This document shows positions 27,307 through 36,295 of a DNA stretch of 45,875 nucleotides, piece by piece. The DNA is from a virus (lineage: Duplodnaviria; Caudoviricetes): IMG/VR virus record IMGVR_UViG_3300025018_000024, positions 1-45,875 of that record. The stretch is one strand, 5' to 3'. A program made the position numbers and the translations under genes. The first letter of the stretch is position 1. Each line of letters begins with the position of its first letter. The notes beneath the pieces are model-generated. The model was not told the DNA's origin and did not search any database. It saw nothing but the letters and a program-made list of their open reading frames with translations.

Positions 27307-27405
27307 TTGGGGCCTTTGCGGGCTTCTTACGCCCTGAGCGTGGGGTTTATCTCATGCGCCCCGCCGAACAGCTCAGCGGGGCTATTTGGGGCCTTGGGCT
27401 CGACG

Positions 27406-28872
27406 TTAAGCCGCCGCCGCCACCTCTTCAATGATGATGTCCTCACCCACCGTCAGGTTGAGGATGATGAACCTCATCTCACCAATGAGCTTCACCTTGA
27501 CTTCATAGATGACCTCCGCCCCGGTCTTGCTCACAAGACGCGCGCTAAAGGCTTCGATAAACTGCGTTGTGGGCACCGTTGGATCACCCTTCAGAAGCGT
27601 CAGGAGGCTGCTCATGGCGACCAAGGCCCCATCTGTATAAAAGCTAACAGACGGCTTGTTCTGATAGGGCATCAAGGCGGCCCCGAGGTTAATACCCACG
27701 AGGCGCTTGAGCCGCTGAGTCATATCAGACGGCGCGTCAGGGTCGGAGGTCAAGCCGCCCTTGACCTTGAACACCCCGGCTGCGCCCGGGGCTTGTCCGG
27801 GCCGCCTGATGGGCTCAAGCGTCAGCACGCCAGCCACCTGAGCCTGCTTGTACTCTTCGGAGCCCAACACAAGGCCGGGCTCAAAGCCAACAACAATGCC
27901 CAGGAGGTCTTTGTTGTCGTAGTCCGCGAGGCTTCTGTTCGGGGGGATTTGAGACAACACAGAAGCGATGAGCGCGTTTAGATACACGGTGCGCACCCCG
28001 CTCACATAGCTCTGCGTGTATTTGTGCGCGCAGAGCCTGATGTTCACATTTTCAATCGCCACGCCAAGGGCGATGTTGGCCGCGAAGTCAGCCCCGGTGA
28101 GCTGCGCGATGACATCCATGTTCTTCAACACAGCATGAGCCCTGAGCGCGGTGGTCAGGGCGGAGGAGCCGCGCTCAGCGAAGAACGCGAAGCCGCCATC
28201 CTCAGCGCCCTCCAAGACCCGCAGGCCCACCACTGACGAAGGCCCGCCCGTCAGCTCAGCGTCGCTCACAGCGTCGTCATCGCCCCCGGTGAGCGCTACC
28301 GCCACCGCGTCAGATGCGGGGAGGGCCTCGCTGGCGTCAGCGTCAAGCCATGTCATCGTGACCCACTCAGGGCTCAGCCCAGCGAAGGCCGTTGTCGCGC
28401 GGTCGAGGTTCAAGAACTCTTCATAATACTGGCCGAAGCTGATCTTGAGGTTAAACAGATCATCGGTCACCTTCTCATACTTGACCATGATCTGATTGCC
28501 GCCATCGCCCTTGTACTTGGCATCAACCCGAAAGATGTTCTCCGGGGTTGCGCCCGCGATGGTGCGGCTCGCCCTGGCCGCCGCCGCCGCCTCAGCCCTG
28601 ACGATGAGCAGCGGGCCCCACGCCTTCCCGATGAGCGCGCGCGGCCCCGCCCAATCCTCGGGGATGGCGACCCCGGCGAAGAAGGTCTTTGCGAGCTGCT
28701 CCGGGCTCGTGATGCGAACGATCTCGTTGACCGGGCCCCACGGGAACTCTCCCACAACCTTTGTGATGTTTGTCCCGATGATGCGAGGGCTCGCGCTGAC
28801 CTCGATGTTATTGATGAAGATGCCATCTTGCGCCCGCTGCTCAAGCGGGTTTGACGTGTAGATGATGCCCAT
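27406..28872 (-). CDS. Contractile tail sheath protein
   Basis: VVGEFPWGPVNEIVRITS, AKYKGDGGNQI, LTGGDD, C-terminal VKLIGEMRFIIL. Confidence 0.92.
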   Translation of the reverse strand: MGIIYTSNPLEQRAQDGIFINNIEVSASPRIIGTNITKVVGEFPWGPVNEIVRITSPEQLAKTFFAGVAIPEDWAGPRALIGKAWGPLLIVRAEAAAAARASRTIAGATPENIFRVDAKYKGDGGNQIMVKYEKVTDDLFNLKISFGQYYEEFLNLDRATTAFAGLSPEWVTMTWLDADASEALPASDAVAVALTGGDDDAVSDAELTGGPSSVVGLRVLEGAEDGGFAFFAERGSSALTTALRAHAVLKNMDVIAQLTGADFAANIALGVAIENVNIRLCAHKYTQSYVSGVRTVYLNALIASVLSQIPPNRSLADYDNKDLLGIVVGFEPGLVLGSEEYKQAQVAGVLTLEPIRRPGQAPGAAGVFKVKGGLTSDPDAPSDMTQRLKRLVGINLGAALMPYQNKPSVSFYTDGALVAMSSLLTLLKGDPTVPTTQFIEAFSARLVSKTGAEVIYEVKVKLIGEMRFIILNLTVGEDIIIEEVAAAA

Positions 28873-28873
28873 A

Positions 28874-29494
28874 TTAGGCTCCCTCGTAGGTGGTGATGTG
28901 TGTGAACTCCGCTGCGGGTAGGATGTCAACCCGGAGCTTGTTCAGGTCCGCTGTGGCCCTGATTGACAGACGCCGGACAGCATCATCGCTGTCATCGGCA
29001 TCAAGCTGTTGGTCGCTGGTCCAGCGCACGCGCGCCAGCGATCCGTTAGAGTTTGCCAGCACCAGCCGCAGCCCTTGCGGGTCGTCAAGGTCTGGGCGGA
29101 AGATGCGCTCGAGCTGCGGCTTCAGCGTGTAGCGGTCGGTCTTGCTGGACGTCCACAGGTCCAGCGTCAGCGCCACCGTCAACCGCTGCTCAACGCGCAC
29201 GACGCTGACGGTGGGCGGATCTGACAGCGGGACCGGCGTGACGCTCACGACCTCGCCCAGCACATGCGCGCGCTGGACGTCGCCCGACGTGATGGACAGC
29301 GCGGGGAGGTCCAGCTTGTCGAAGCGCGGCCACTCCCTGATGACCTTCAGCGGTCGCGGCGCGGGGGTGGGCGGCGCGGGTTGACCAGGCACCGCGGGCG
29401 GGGTCGCCAGCGCGGGGACCGTCAGCGCCGCAGCCTCAACAGCCGACGCCAGCGCATCCACCAAATTTGTCACCTCATCGGTCGCGGTCGTCAT
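28874..29494 (-). CDS. Tail terminator / neck protein
   Basis: WP..DKLDLPALSI, LTLDLWTSSK.DR; directly precedes the sheath. Confidence 0.65.
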   Translation of the reverse strand: MTTATDEVTNLVDALASAVEAAALTVPALATPPAVPGQPAPPTPAPRPLKVIREWPRFDKLDLPALSITSGDVQRAHVLGEVVSVTPVPLSDPPTVSVVRVEQRLTVALTLDLWTSSKTDRYTLKPQLERIFRPDLDDPQGLRLVLANSNGSLARVRWTSDQQLDADDSDDAVRRLSIRATADLNKLRVDILPAAEFTHITTYEGA

Positions 29495-30039
29495 GCTGTG
29501 GGCGGGTCCATTGATGCAAGCGCGGCGCTGATCTCGACAGCGTAAGCGAGCTTGAGAATTGAGAGGTTGCCGCTGATCATGCCATAGGGCTTTGAGCCCT
29601 CACGCTCGATCTTCTCTTGAATCGACTTCGCCACAAGGTACGTTCCCCACGGGACTTCCTTGATGCTGTTGAAGCTCCGCTTGTCGCGGCGGGGCTTCTT
29701 GTCCGCGCCGCGCCCGAGGTTGCGCAGGTTCAGGCCGAACTTGCGCACGACCCAGCGCAGGATGGGCATGAGCGGCGGCTTGTGCGGCGCGGCCCCGGCC
29801 TCAAGGGTCGCTGCGTGGGGCGCGGTGTTGTACAGCTCCGCGCCGCCCTCGACCTTGCGCACCTCCCATGCCGCGCGCGCTTGCCCGCGATCCGATGGCG
29901 TGGCCTTGACCACGATGGGGAGACCGCGCAGCGCCGCGCGCATGGCGGCCTTCTGCGCGATCTGCGCGGGGATCTGCTTGTTGATGGCGCGGAAGACCGT
30001 CGCCACCTTGTCGGGGCTGATCGTCTTATTTTGTGCCAT
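29491..30039 (-). CDS. HK97 gp10-like neck / tail completion protein
   Basis: TPSDRGQARAAW, NTAPHAATLEAG, KPP..PILRW. Confidence 0.75.
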   Translation of the reverse strand: MAQNKTISPDKVATVFRAINKQIPAQIAQKAAMRAALRGLPIVVKATPSDRGQARAAWEVRKVEGGAELYNTAPHAATLEAGAAPHKPPLMPILRWVVRKFGLNLRNLGRGADKKPRRDKRSFNSIKEVPWGTYLVAKSIQEKIEREGSKPYGMISGNLSILKLAYAVEISAALASMDPPTA

Positions 30040-30433
30040 CGCCCTGCACCTCCCTGACACGCGCCGTCAGGTAATGGATCTCCCCATGTATCTCCGCGGG
30101 CTTGACCTGCTTGACCTCGAGCTGACGGTCTCGCCAATAGACGACATCGCCCACGGCCAGCGCGTTGATGTCTCCGCCGAGGTCGGCCACGGCTGCGCGG
30201 ATGAACAGGTCTTGCGGGTCCAGCTCACCCCAGCGGCCCCGCTCGATGTTGCGCGTGGCGCTGCTGACCAGCCCCTTGAAGGTCAGGTCAGCAGCGGTGC
30301 GGCTCTCCGCCTCACCTGTGGGGTTGTCGGTCCCGCCCGACCAGCGGCGGCGCACCAGGTTGTCACTCCCCTGCGTGACCGCCAGCAGCGACACGACGCC
30401 GCCCAAGAACTCACCAGGGATGATGCCGGCCAT
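30026..30433 (-). CDS. Head closure (stopper) protein
   Basis: GDVVYWRDRQLEV beta pattern; synteny. Confidence 0.6.
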   Translation of the reverse strand: MAGIIPGEFLGGVVSLLAVTQGSDNLVRRRWSGGTDNPTGEAESRTAADLTFKGLVSSATRNIERGRWGELDPQDLFIRAAVADLGGDINALAVGDVVYWRDRQLEVKQVKPAEIHGEIHYLTARVREVQGDGTK

Positions 30434-30684
30434 CAGTAGACCTCGTAGTCGGGGCCTTGCCCGCTTGGGCGGCCACCCTCTTCATACGCCAGCGCCAGCG
30501 CGAGCCGATCTTCCCATTGCGCGCGGAGCTTCATCAGGTCGTTCACCCGCCCGCCGTTCTGGTAGTAGGTGCCATCAGAACCAGCAGAGACGGGGACCGC
30601 CGTGGCAGCGGAGATCAGGCCGTCGATCTCCCTGATCTTCGCCTCTGCCTCCGCGACGGTATAAATCGGCTTGCGCGTCGCCAT
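30433..30684 (-). CDS. gpW-like head-tail adaptor (83 aa)
   Basis: Helix-hairpin-helix composition and size; synteny. Confidence 0.55.
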   Translation of the reverse strand: MATRKPIYTVAEAEAKIREIDGLISAATAVPVSAGSDGTYYQNGGRVNDLMKLRAQWEDRLALALAYEEGGRPSGQGPDYEVY

Positions 30685-31259
30685 CAGGCCGCCTCGCCAT
30701 CAGCCAGCTCCGCGGGGCTGTGCTTCTTGCTGAACCGGCCATAGCCCGCGGCGACGTGCTGACGCGCCTCCGCAAGCGACAGCTTCGCGTGCTGGACGCC
30801 GCGCCGGAACTCCCGCGCGACCTCTTCCGACGGGCTGACGATGATGTCGCCGCTGCGGATCTCCAACATCATCAGCGCCTGGTTGGGGCCGCCCACCAGC
30901 TTCAAGCACTTCGTCTCTGGCGGCAGATGCGCGAAGCGCTCGGCCTTATCGGCGGGGCGCTGCGGGGGCTTGCTGACGCGGGGGAGTTGCTCGGTCGGGT
31001 CGATGCCCTCAACGCGCTGCGGCGGGGCGCTGCTGGGCGCTGCGGCTGCGTCAGGGGCGTTGTCCTGCGCGACGTCTGCTGTGGGCGCTGCGGCCTCCCC
31101 AGCGACGCGGGCGGCCAGCCACTTCGCGCTATCGGGGAGCTTCGCCAGCGCGGCGCGGATGGCGGTCGCTGACGGCTTGACCTCGCCGCCGACTTCTGCG
31201 GAGAGGTCGGCGGCGAGGTCTTGGAGCTGGGCGGTGGTGAGGTCTTTCAGGTCTGTCAT
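30684..31259 (-). CDS. Hypothetical protein after the capsid gene (191 aa)
   Basis: AGGA RBS; N-terminal LKDLTTAQLQDLA helical motif. Confidence 0.7.
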   Translation of the reverse strand: MTDLKDLTTAQLQDLAADLSAEVGGEVKPSATAIRAALAKLPDSAKWLAARVAGEAAAPTADVAQDNAPDAAAAPSSAPPQRVEGIDPTEQLPRVSKPPQRPADKAERFAHLPPETKCLKLVGGPNQALMMLEIRSGDIIVSPSEEVAREFRRGVQHAKLSLAEARQHVAAGYGRFSKKHSPAELADGEAA

Positions 31260-31293
31260 TTCGGGTCTTCCTGTGGGTCAAGTGTCGAGATGT

Positions 31294-31324
31294 TGAGCGC
31301 GGGGCTTCATCGGCCCCGCGCTCA
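31294..31324. terminator. Hairpin after the major capsid gene
   Basis: TGAGCGCGGGGC-N7-GCCCCGCGCTCA. Confidence 0.65.
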
Positions 31325-31336
31325 TGCGGGCTCGCG

Positions 31337-32374
31337 TCAGGTCCACATCTGCCAGTGCGCGACACCCTTCCGATGGGCGATGACGGGGACGCCGTTATCG
31401 TACATGTCAAGCGCGATGCCGGGCGGGCGCTTGCTCGTCTCATAAGAGGAGTAGTAAGCCTGACTTGCATCGTTGTTGTTGAGGATGTTGCGACAGCACT
31501 CATGGCGCAAGATCCCCTGCCCGTCCTCGAACCGCTTGCTCGTGCTGGTGACGATGGCGCGACCATCATCCACCGGCCCCACCTGCGTCCCGGTCGGGCT
31601 CGTGTACTTGCCGCGCAGCGCGATGAAGGTGATGCCGCTGATCTCGATAGAATCGCGCACGCTCATCGAGCGGTCGGGCTCATCGGTCGCCTGCGGCCTG
31701 ATGGTCTTGTAGATCTGGGGATGGCCCTTGAGCGTGTTGAGCGACTTCCCGTTCACGAAGGCCGTGTCAGGGAAGAAGCCCGAAGCCTCAAAATACTCCT
31801 CGGACATCTCATCGATCTCAAGGAAGATCTTGGATGCGTCGTTGTCGAGATCCACGCCCGGAGCGGTGAGGTCATAGATCTCCTCGGAGTAGTCCATGCT
31901 CACGATCTTCTTCGTCGGCTTGTTGGGGTCGGGCTGGTCCCTCCAAGTAAACTGCTTCTCGTTCAGGGCGGTGTGCCACAGCATCGCCAGCAGCTCGAGG
32001 CGGCGCTCCTCAAGGAAGCCCATACCCGCCATGACGCCCGCGGCGTCGATTGCGAACACCTCCCCGTTGCGCACCAGGAACGGGGACTCGACGGTCGCCT
32101 CCCAGCCCTCCTTGACGTGGTAGGGGTAGGCGTCGAACTCATCGGCCTCAAACCCCTTGCTCAGAGGTGTGCGGTCCGCGAAGCCGACCAGCGGGGCCGC
32201 GTCCTGCGCCTGGTAGGTGCGGACCTTGACCGTCACCTTCTTACCCTCGTTGTCGATGCGCTGGACGTAGTTCAGGATCTCATACGCCCGCGGCTCCAAC
32301 TCATCGACCATTGCCGACAGCATGGCGCTATCAAGCTCATCGGTCGTGTAGTACTCGCGCGTCTCCAATGCCAT
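31337..32374 (-). CDS. Major capsid protein (lambda gpE-like, 345 aa)
   Basis: AAPLVGF, EERRLELL.W.TAL, C-terminal GVPVI; strongly biased codons; follows scaffold and decoration genes. Confidence 0.8.
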   Translation of the reverse strand: MALETREYYTTDELDSAMLSAMVDELEPRAYEILNYVQRIDNEGKKVTVKVRTYQAQDAAPLVGFADRTPLSKGFEADEFDAYPYHVKEGWEATVESPFLVRNGEVFAIDAAGVMAGMGFLEERRLELLAMLWHTALNEKQFTWRDQPDPNKPTKKIVSMDYSEEIYDLTAPGVDLDNDASKIFLEIDEMSEEYFEASGFFPDTAFVNGKSLNTLKGHPQIYKTIRPQATDEPDRSMSVRDSIEISGITFIALRGKYTSPTGTQVGPVDDGRAIVTSTSKRFEDGQGILRHECCRNILNNNDASQAYYSSYETSKRPPGIALDMYDNGVPVIAHRKGVAHWQMWT

Positions 32375-32455
32375 TTTCTATGCTCTCTCTTCTGTGGTTT
32401 TCGATATGACGCGCGCTGTGTGGCGCGCGTCATGTGGACCTGTTGAGGTTGTTGG

Positions 32456-33544
32456 TCAGTGGGCGGTGTTGTTGAAGCGGATGCCGCCGGCCTCAAGATA
32501 GGCGCGGGCGGCGGCGGTCAGGCCGTTGACCAGCCTCTCCCGCACCTCGCCATGAGGCTGCGTGGGGAGGTCGGGGTTAGGGATACTGTACCCGTTGGCG
32601 AGGTTCGCCAGCGCCACCGTAGAACAGGTGATGCGGTAGTGGCGCTCGATCTCCTCCGCCACGATCACATCATCGGCCACCACGCCGAACGGCGAGCTGG
32701 TCAGGGTGATGGTGTTCGCGCCGTTGTTGATGGCGCTGATGATGCCGCCGCGGCTGACGTTCGCGGTGGCGAGGTTGGCCGTCAGGGCGAACACCTCGAC
32801 CACAGCCGGGTCAAACTGCGCATACAGCTTCGCGTTGTCTTCTGTGAGCGTGACGAGCGCAGCGAAGGCCGCGATGCCATCGCCCGCGGCCTTCAGCGCC
32901 TCAACGATGGCCTGCGCCGTCGCAGACCCGCCCGACGTGATCGGGACGGGGATGACCTCGCCGGTGGACAGCACGCGCGCCGCGACAGCATAGGGCGTGC
33001 TGTTGGCGACGGTCGGGGTGAAGGCGAGGATGTTCGCCCCGTCCCCGATGGTCACGCGCTGACCGATGCGGAAGCCGCTGGGCGTGTCATCGACCGTCAC
33101 CACCGCGCCGGAGATGGACGCCACGACGCCGCGCGACAGCCCGCCGTCAGCCGTCACCAGCGCGCCCGCCGCGATGCTGAAGGCCGCCCCATCCACCGTG
33201 ATCGAGGTGCTGTCGCGGCGCGTGATGTTGCGATAGCCGACGCCCGCGATGTGGACCAGATCGCCCACCGTGAAGCGGCGCGGCTCGGCCAGCGTGATGA
33301 CGTTCGCGCTGCTGACGAGGGCCGCCGCCGGGGCCTGCACATGCGGCATCCACCGCTGGACGTCGAAGGCCCATGTGATGACCTGACCCTCGGGGATCTC
33401 GACCAGGGGGAAGCCCGCCCGGTTGACGCCCATGCCGGTCACAGACTCAACGGTGTCCTTCCCATGCGCGGACATGAACACCTTGCCGATCTGGATCTTG
33501 CCGGGGACGCGCTGCACGCCTCCGCCGAACTGCTCACCTGCCAT
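32456..33544 (-). CDS. Head decoration protein with inserted beta domains
   Basis: Between scaffold and capsid; EIPEGQVI..and HGEVRERLV..LTAAAR.YL..GIRF termini; repeated FTVGDLV/FRIGQRV modules. Confidence 0.6.
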   Translation of the reverse strand: MAGEQFGGGVQRVPGKIQIGKVFMSAHGKDTVESVTGMGVNRAGFPLVEIPEGQVITWAFDVQRWMPHVQAPAAALVSSANVITLAEPRRFTVGDLVHIAGVGYRNITRRDSTSITVDGAAFSIAAGALVTADGGLSRGVVASISGAVVTVDDTPSGFRIGQRVTIGDGANILAFTPTVANSTPYAVAARVLSTGEVIPVPITSGGSATAQAIVEALKAAGDGIAAFAALVTLTEDNAKLYAQFDPAVVEVFALTANLATANVSRGGIISAINNGANTITLTSSPFGVVADDVIVAEEIERHYRITCSTVALANLANGYSIPNPDLPTQPHGEVRERLVNGLTAAARAYLEAGGIRFNNTAH

Positions 33545-33610
33545 GATCTCACCTTGTAATAAAAAGGGCCGCACAGTGGCGGCCCTTCGTTGGTCATGCG
33601 GCTGTGCTTA

Positions 33611-34327
33611 TCACACGCCGCGCTTCGTCTTGGGCTTGCCTTTCTCCGCAATTGCCTTCGCCCGCGCTGCGGGGGAATCGTCAGCGGGGGCGGGCTTGCC
33701 AGCTCCGGGCTTACCGTTGCCGGAGCCGTTGGCTGAAGAGGACGCGGCGGGCTTGCCGAAGAGGCTGGGGTCAGCCTTCTTGAGCGCATCGAGCGCCTCT
33801 GTCACGCCCTTCACGCTCCCATCGTCCTGAACAGTCATCTTCGACTTGTCCAGCAACTTAATGTAAAGCTCCGGGCTGCGCAAGCCCATCTCACTCGCCT
33901 TCACCTTGATCTCCGCATCGACGAGCCGCGCGTTGGCCTTCTCGACGGCCTGCGTTGCCTTCGTCTCCGCCTCCGCCTTCTCCGCCTTCAACCGCTCGGT
34001 CTCGGTCATGGCGGCCTTCTTGCGCTCCTCATCGGCCTTCTTGTACTTCTCAAGCTCGGCCTTCGCCTTCTCAAGCTCTTTCTCCGCCGCGCTGGGCGCG
34101 GCGGCCTCCGCGGGCTTGGCTGCATCGGCGGGCTTGGCATCACCAGGCTTCGCCGCATCAGCAGCGCCGGGCTTCGCCGCATCGGCTGCGGGCGCGGCGG
34201 CGGGAGGGGCCGCAGCGCCGCCGCCATCAGCAGCGCCATCGGCGTTGAACAGCATGACGCCCAACCCCAGCAGGAAGGTCAGGCTGCGGGGGAGGGGGCT
34301 GGTGTGGTCGGGCTTCTTGTGTCGCAT
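33611..34327 (-). CDS. Capsid scaffolding protein (phage GP20/DUF4355-like)
   Basis: Ala/Pro repeats, coiled coil, MTETERLK, VKGVTEALDALKKADPSLF. Confidence 0.85.
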   Translation of the reverse strand: MRHKKPDHTSPLPRSLTFLLGLGVMLFNADGAADGGGAAAPPAAAPAADAAKPGAADAAKPGDAKPADAAKPAEAAAPSAAEKELEKAKAELEKYKKADEERKKAAMTETERLKAEKAEAETKATQAVEKANARLVDAEIKVKASEMGLRSPELYIKLLDKSKMTVQDDGSVKGVTEALDALKKADPSLFGKPAASSSANGSGNGKPGAGKPAPADDSPAARAKAIAEKGKPKTKRGV

Positions 34328-34380
34328 GTCATCCTCGGGGGGTCGTGGCCGGCGTCGTCTTGAGCGCGGCGGGGGAGCGG

Positions 34381-34698
34381 TCAGGCCGCGCCGGTATAGC
34401 GCGGATCGGTTTCGACACTACCGCGCTCATAAGCCGAGGTCAACGCCTCAACCTCAAGCGCAAGCGAGGGGCTCCTGATGGCCCCGACGCCAGCGTCAAA
34501 GACGTCGCCAGCTTCCGTTTCAAGCTCGGGCTGGTCGATGTCGCCGCGCAAGAAAACGATGTCTTGCGCGAGCAGAATTGTTTTTTGCATCATGGGGACT
34601 TGACACGGCTGACCGTCTATCACGCATCTGATGCAAGGCTCGCCGTTGCCCATAATAAACCACGTTACGTTTTCGATATAATAAGCGCCAGCAGGCAT
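34381..34698 (-). CDS. Small acidic protein downstream of the toxin-like ORF (candidate immunity)
   Basis: GAGG RBS; starts 10 nt after the ART stop; locally lower GC. The function is inferred from position only. Confidence 0.55.
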   Translation of the reverse strand: MPAGAYYIENVTWFIMGNGEPCIRCVIDGQPCQVPMMQKTILLAQDIVFLRGDIDQPELETEAGDVFDAGVGAIRSPSLALEVEALTSAYERGSVETDPRYTGAA

Positions 34699-34708
34699 GT
34701 TAACAGCC

Positions 34709-36295
34709 TCACAGTGAGCTAACCCAAACGGCCTCTTTACCGTACAGGTCCGCCACAAATTCGTTTTCGTTATCGCCCAGAAAGGTCGATGACCCGTTCA
34801 TGCAGTTGATCAGGTACGTTCCCAAGACGCGATGCGCAGGTACGTTCTTAAAGACCAGCTTGTGCTTCGATGACCCGTAGGCGTAGATCGCGCGGAAGCC
34901 CGAGGTTGATTCCATCGCGCCGCGCAGGTAGGGCGCGATGGTATCGCCCACCTTCGCGGTCGGGAAGTAGGTCTTGGGGAGGAAGTCGGCCTCGGTGCGG
35001 ATGAGGTCGAACGTCCCGTCAGGGTTGCTCATGTAGCCGGGAAGGATGACTTGACGCAGCGTTTCCATCGTCATCGCGTGGTAGGCCGTCAGGCTGCGGC
35101 GCATGTGTTCATCTCCGAACTTCGTCTTGAGCTGATCCCAGCCCCGCGCAGCGGCCCCATAGCCGGAGCTGTGCCAGAAGTAAGCCTTCTCCGGGTCTCC
35201 CCGGTCCACCACGCTGTTGACCCACCAGTGCTTGACGCCCAGCGCAGCATCTGACCAGGACGATCCGCCCTGCGCTTTGGTGTAGTGCTGGATGGCGTCG
35301 AACGATCCGCCGCGCCGCGCGACGTGCGCGCCGAAGTCCTGCACAAGCCCCGTCGGTCCCCGGAGCTTGTCGAAGTTGTCGCCGTTCAAGTCAAGCACGC
35401 GCTCCGGGTTGGGGTCGCCGTCGGGGCCGATGGTCGGCGTCAGCGCCGCGGGGAGACGCCTGCTGATGCCGGCGGCGCGCAGGTGTTGGATCTCAAGCGC
35501 CAGCTCCGCGCGGTAAGCCGGGCGCACGTTGTCCGCGCGCAGCGCATCGTTGATGTCGGCGGTGTCGGCCAGCTCATCGAGCCGCCCGCGCAGCGTGTCG
35601 TACAGGCCGGATGGGATGGTGAGGTCGTCACGCTTCACGCTCCCCAACCAGCCGGGCTCAAGGTTGACGGTCTTCGTGTACAGGGCGGTCGCGCGCTGAA
35701 GTTGGTCGTCATAGTCGATGGCGTCGAAGATGCGGGCGGCCTGCTGGTTCACCTTCGCATCCCTCATCGTCCAGAAGTCCAGCACAGACGCGCCGTCGAA
35801 GGCCGCCGCTGCCTTCTTGGCCCCCTGCGCGCGGAAGCGCAGCGCGCCGCCGTTATCGACGCGGTAGGGCGTCCCGTCGGGGGTGACGAGGATGTTGTCC
35901 AGCGACAAGCCCACCACGTCCCAATTGCCGAGCAGCGCGTCCAGATAAAAGTTCTCCGACAGCTTCGCCTTGACCGATGCGAACAGGCCGGGGTCAGCCG
36001 CCTTGACGTCTGCCAAGCTCCGCGCCCCCTCAAGGAAGCGAGAGAGCTTGTAGGCTGGTTGGCCCTCCGCGTCGCGGTACAGGCGGAAGTCAGGCACCGC
36101 GACGCCTTGCGACTGGTAAAGCGCGTCCGCGTAGCACTCTTCTTCAAGGTGAGCTGGCGACGATCCGCGCTTGCGAACGTACAACGCGCCGTCGGGGCCG
36201 CGCACCAGCTCCGCGCCGGTTGAGCCGCCCAAGCCCCTGACGACCTCAAGGCCGGCGGGGTCATCCGGCCACGCTGACGGGCTCGGCGCTGCGGC
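34709..36295 (-). CDS. HipA/PI3K-like kinase domain + R-S-E ADP-ribosyltransferase domain, +1 out of frame with MuF
   Basis: GGSTGAELV..G..YVRK, HLEEE, DALLGNWD....DNIL, RVDNGG; then AIQHYT, LIR, ESTS, ENEF. No convincing start codon of its own. Confidence 0.8.
   Translation of the reverse strand, partial: AAAPSPSAWPDDPAGLEVVRGLGGSTGAELVRGPDGALYVRKRGSSPAHLEEECYADALYQSQGVAVPDFRLYRDAEGQPAYKLSRFLEGARSLADVKAADPGLFASVKAKLSENFYLDALLGNWDVVGLSLDNILVTPDGTPYRVDNGGALRFRAQGAKKAAAAFDGASVLDFWTMRDAKVNQQAARIFDAIDYDDQLQRATALYTKTVNLEPGWLGSVKRDDLTIPSGLYDTLRGRLDELADTADINDALRADNVRPAYRAELALEIQHLRAAGISRRLPAALTPTIGPDGDPNPERVLDLNGDNFDKLRGPTGLVQDFGAHVARRGGSFDAIQHYTKAQGGSSWSDAALGVKHWWVNSVVDRGDPEKAYFWHSSGYGAAARGWDQLKTKFGDEHMRRSLTAYHAMTMETLRQVILPGYMSNPDGTFDLIRTEADFLPKTYFPTAKVGDTIAPYLRGAMESTSGFRAIYAYGSSKHKLVFKNVPAHRVLGTYLINCMNGSSTFLGDNENEFVADLYGKEAVWVSSL

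Noticed and set aside
35764-36264. 166-aa ORF starting at the ATGA overlap with the MuF stop
   Set aside because: It is Arg/Ser/Thr-rich off-frame sequence lying over the motif-bearing kinase frame.
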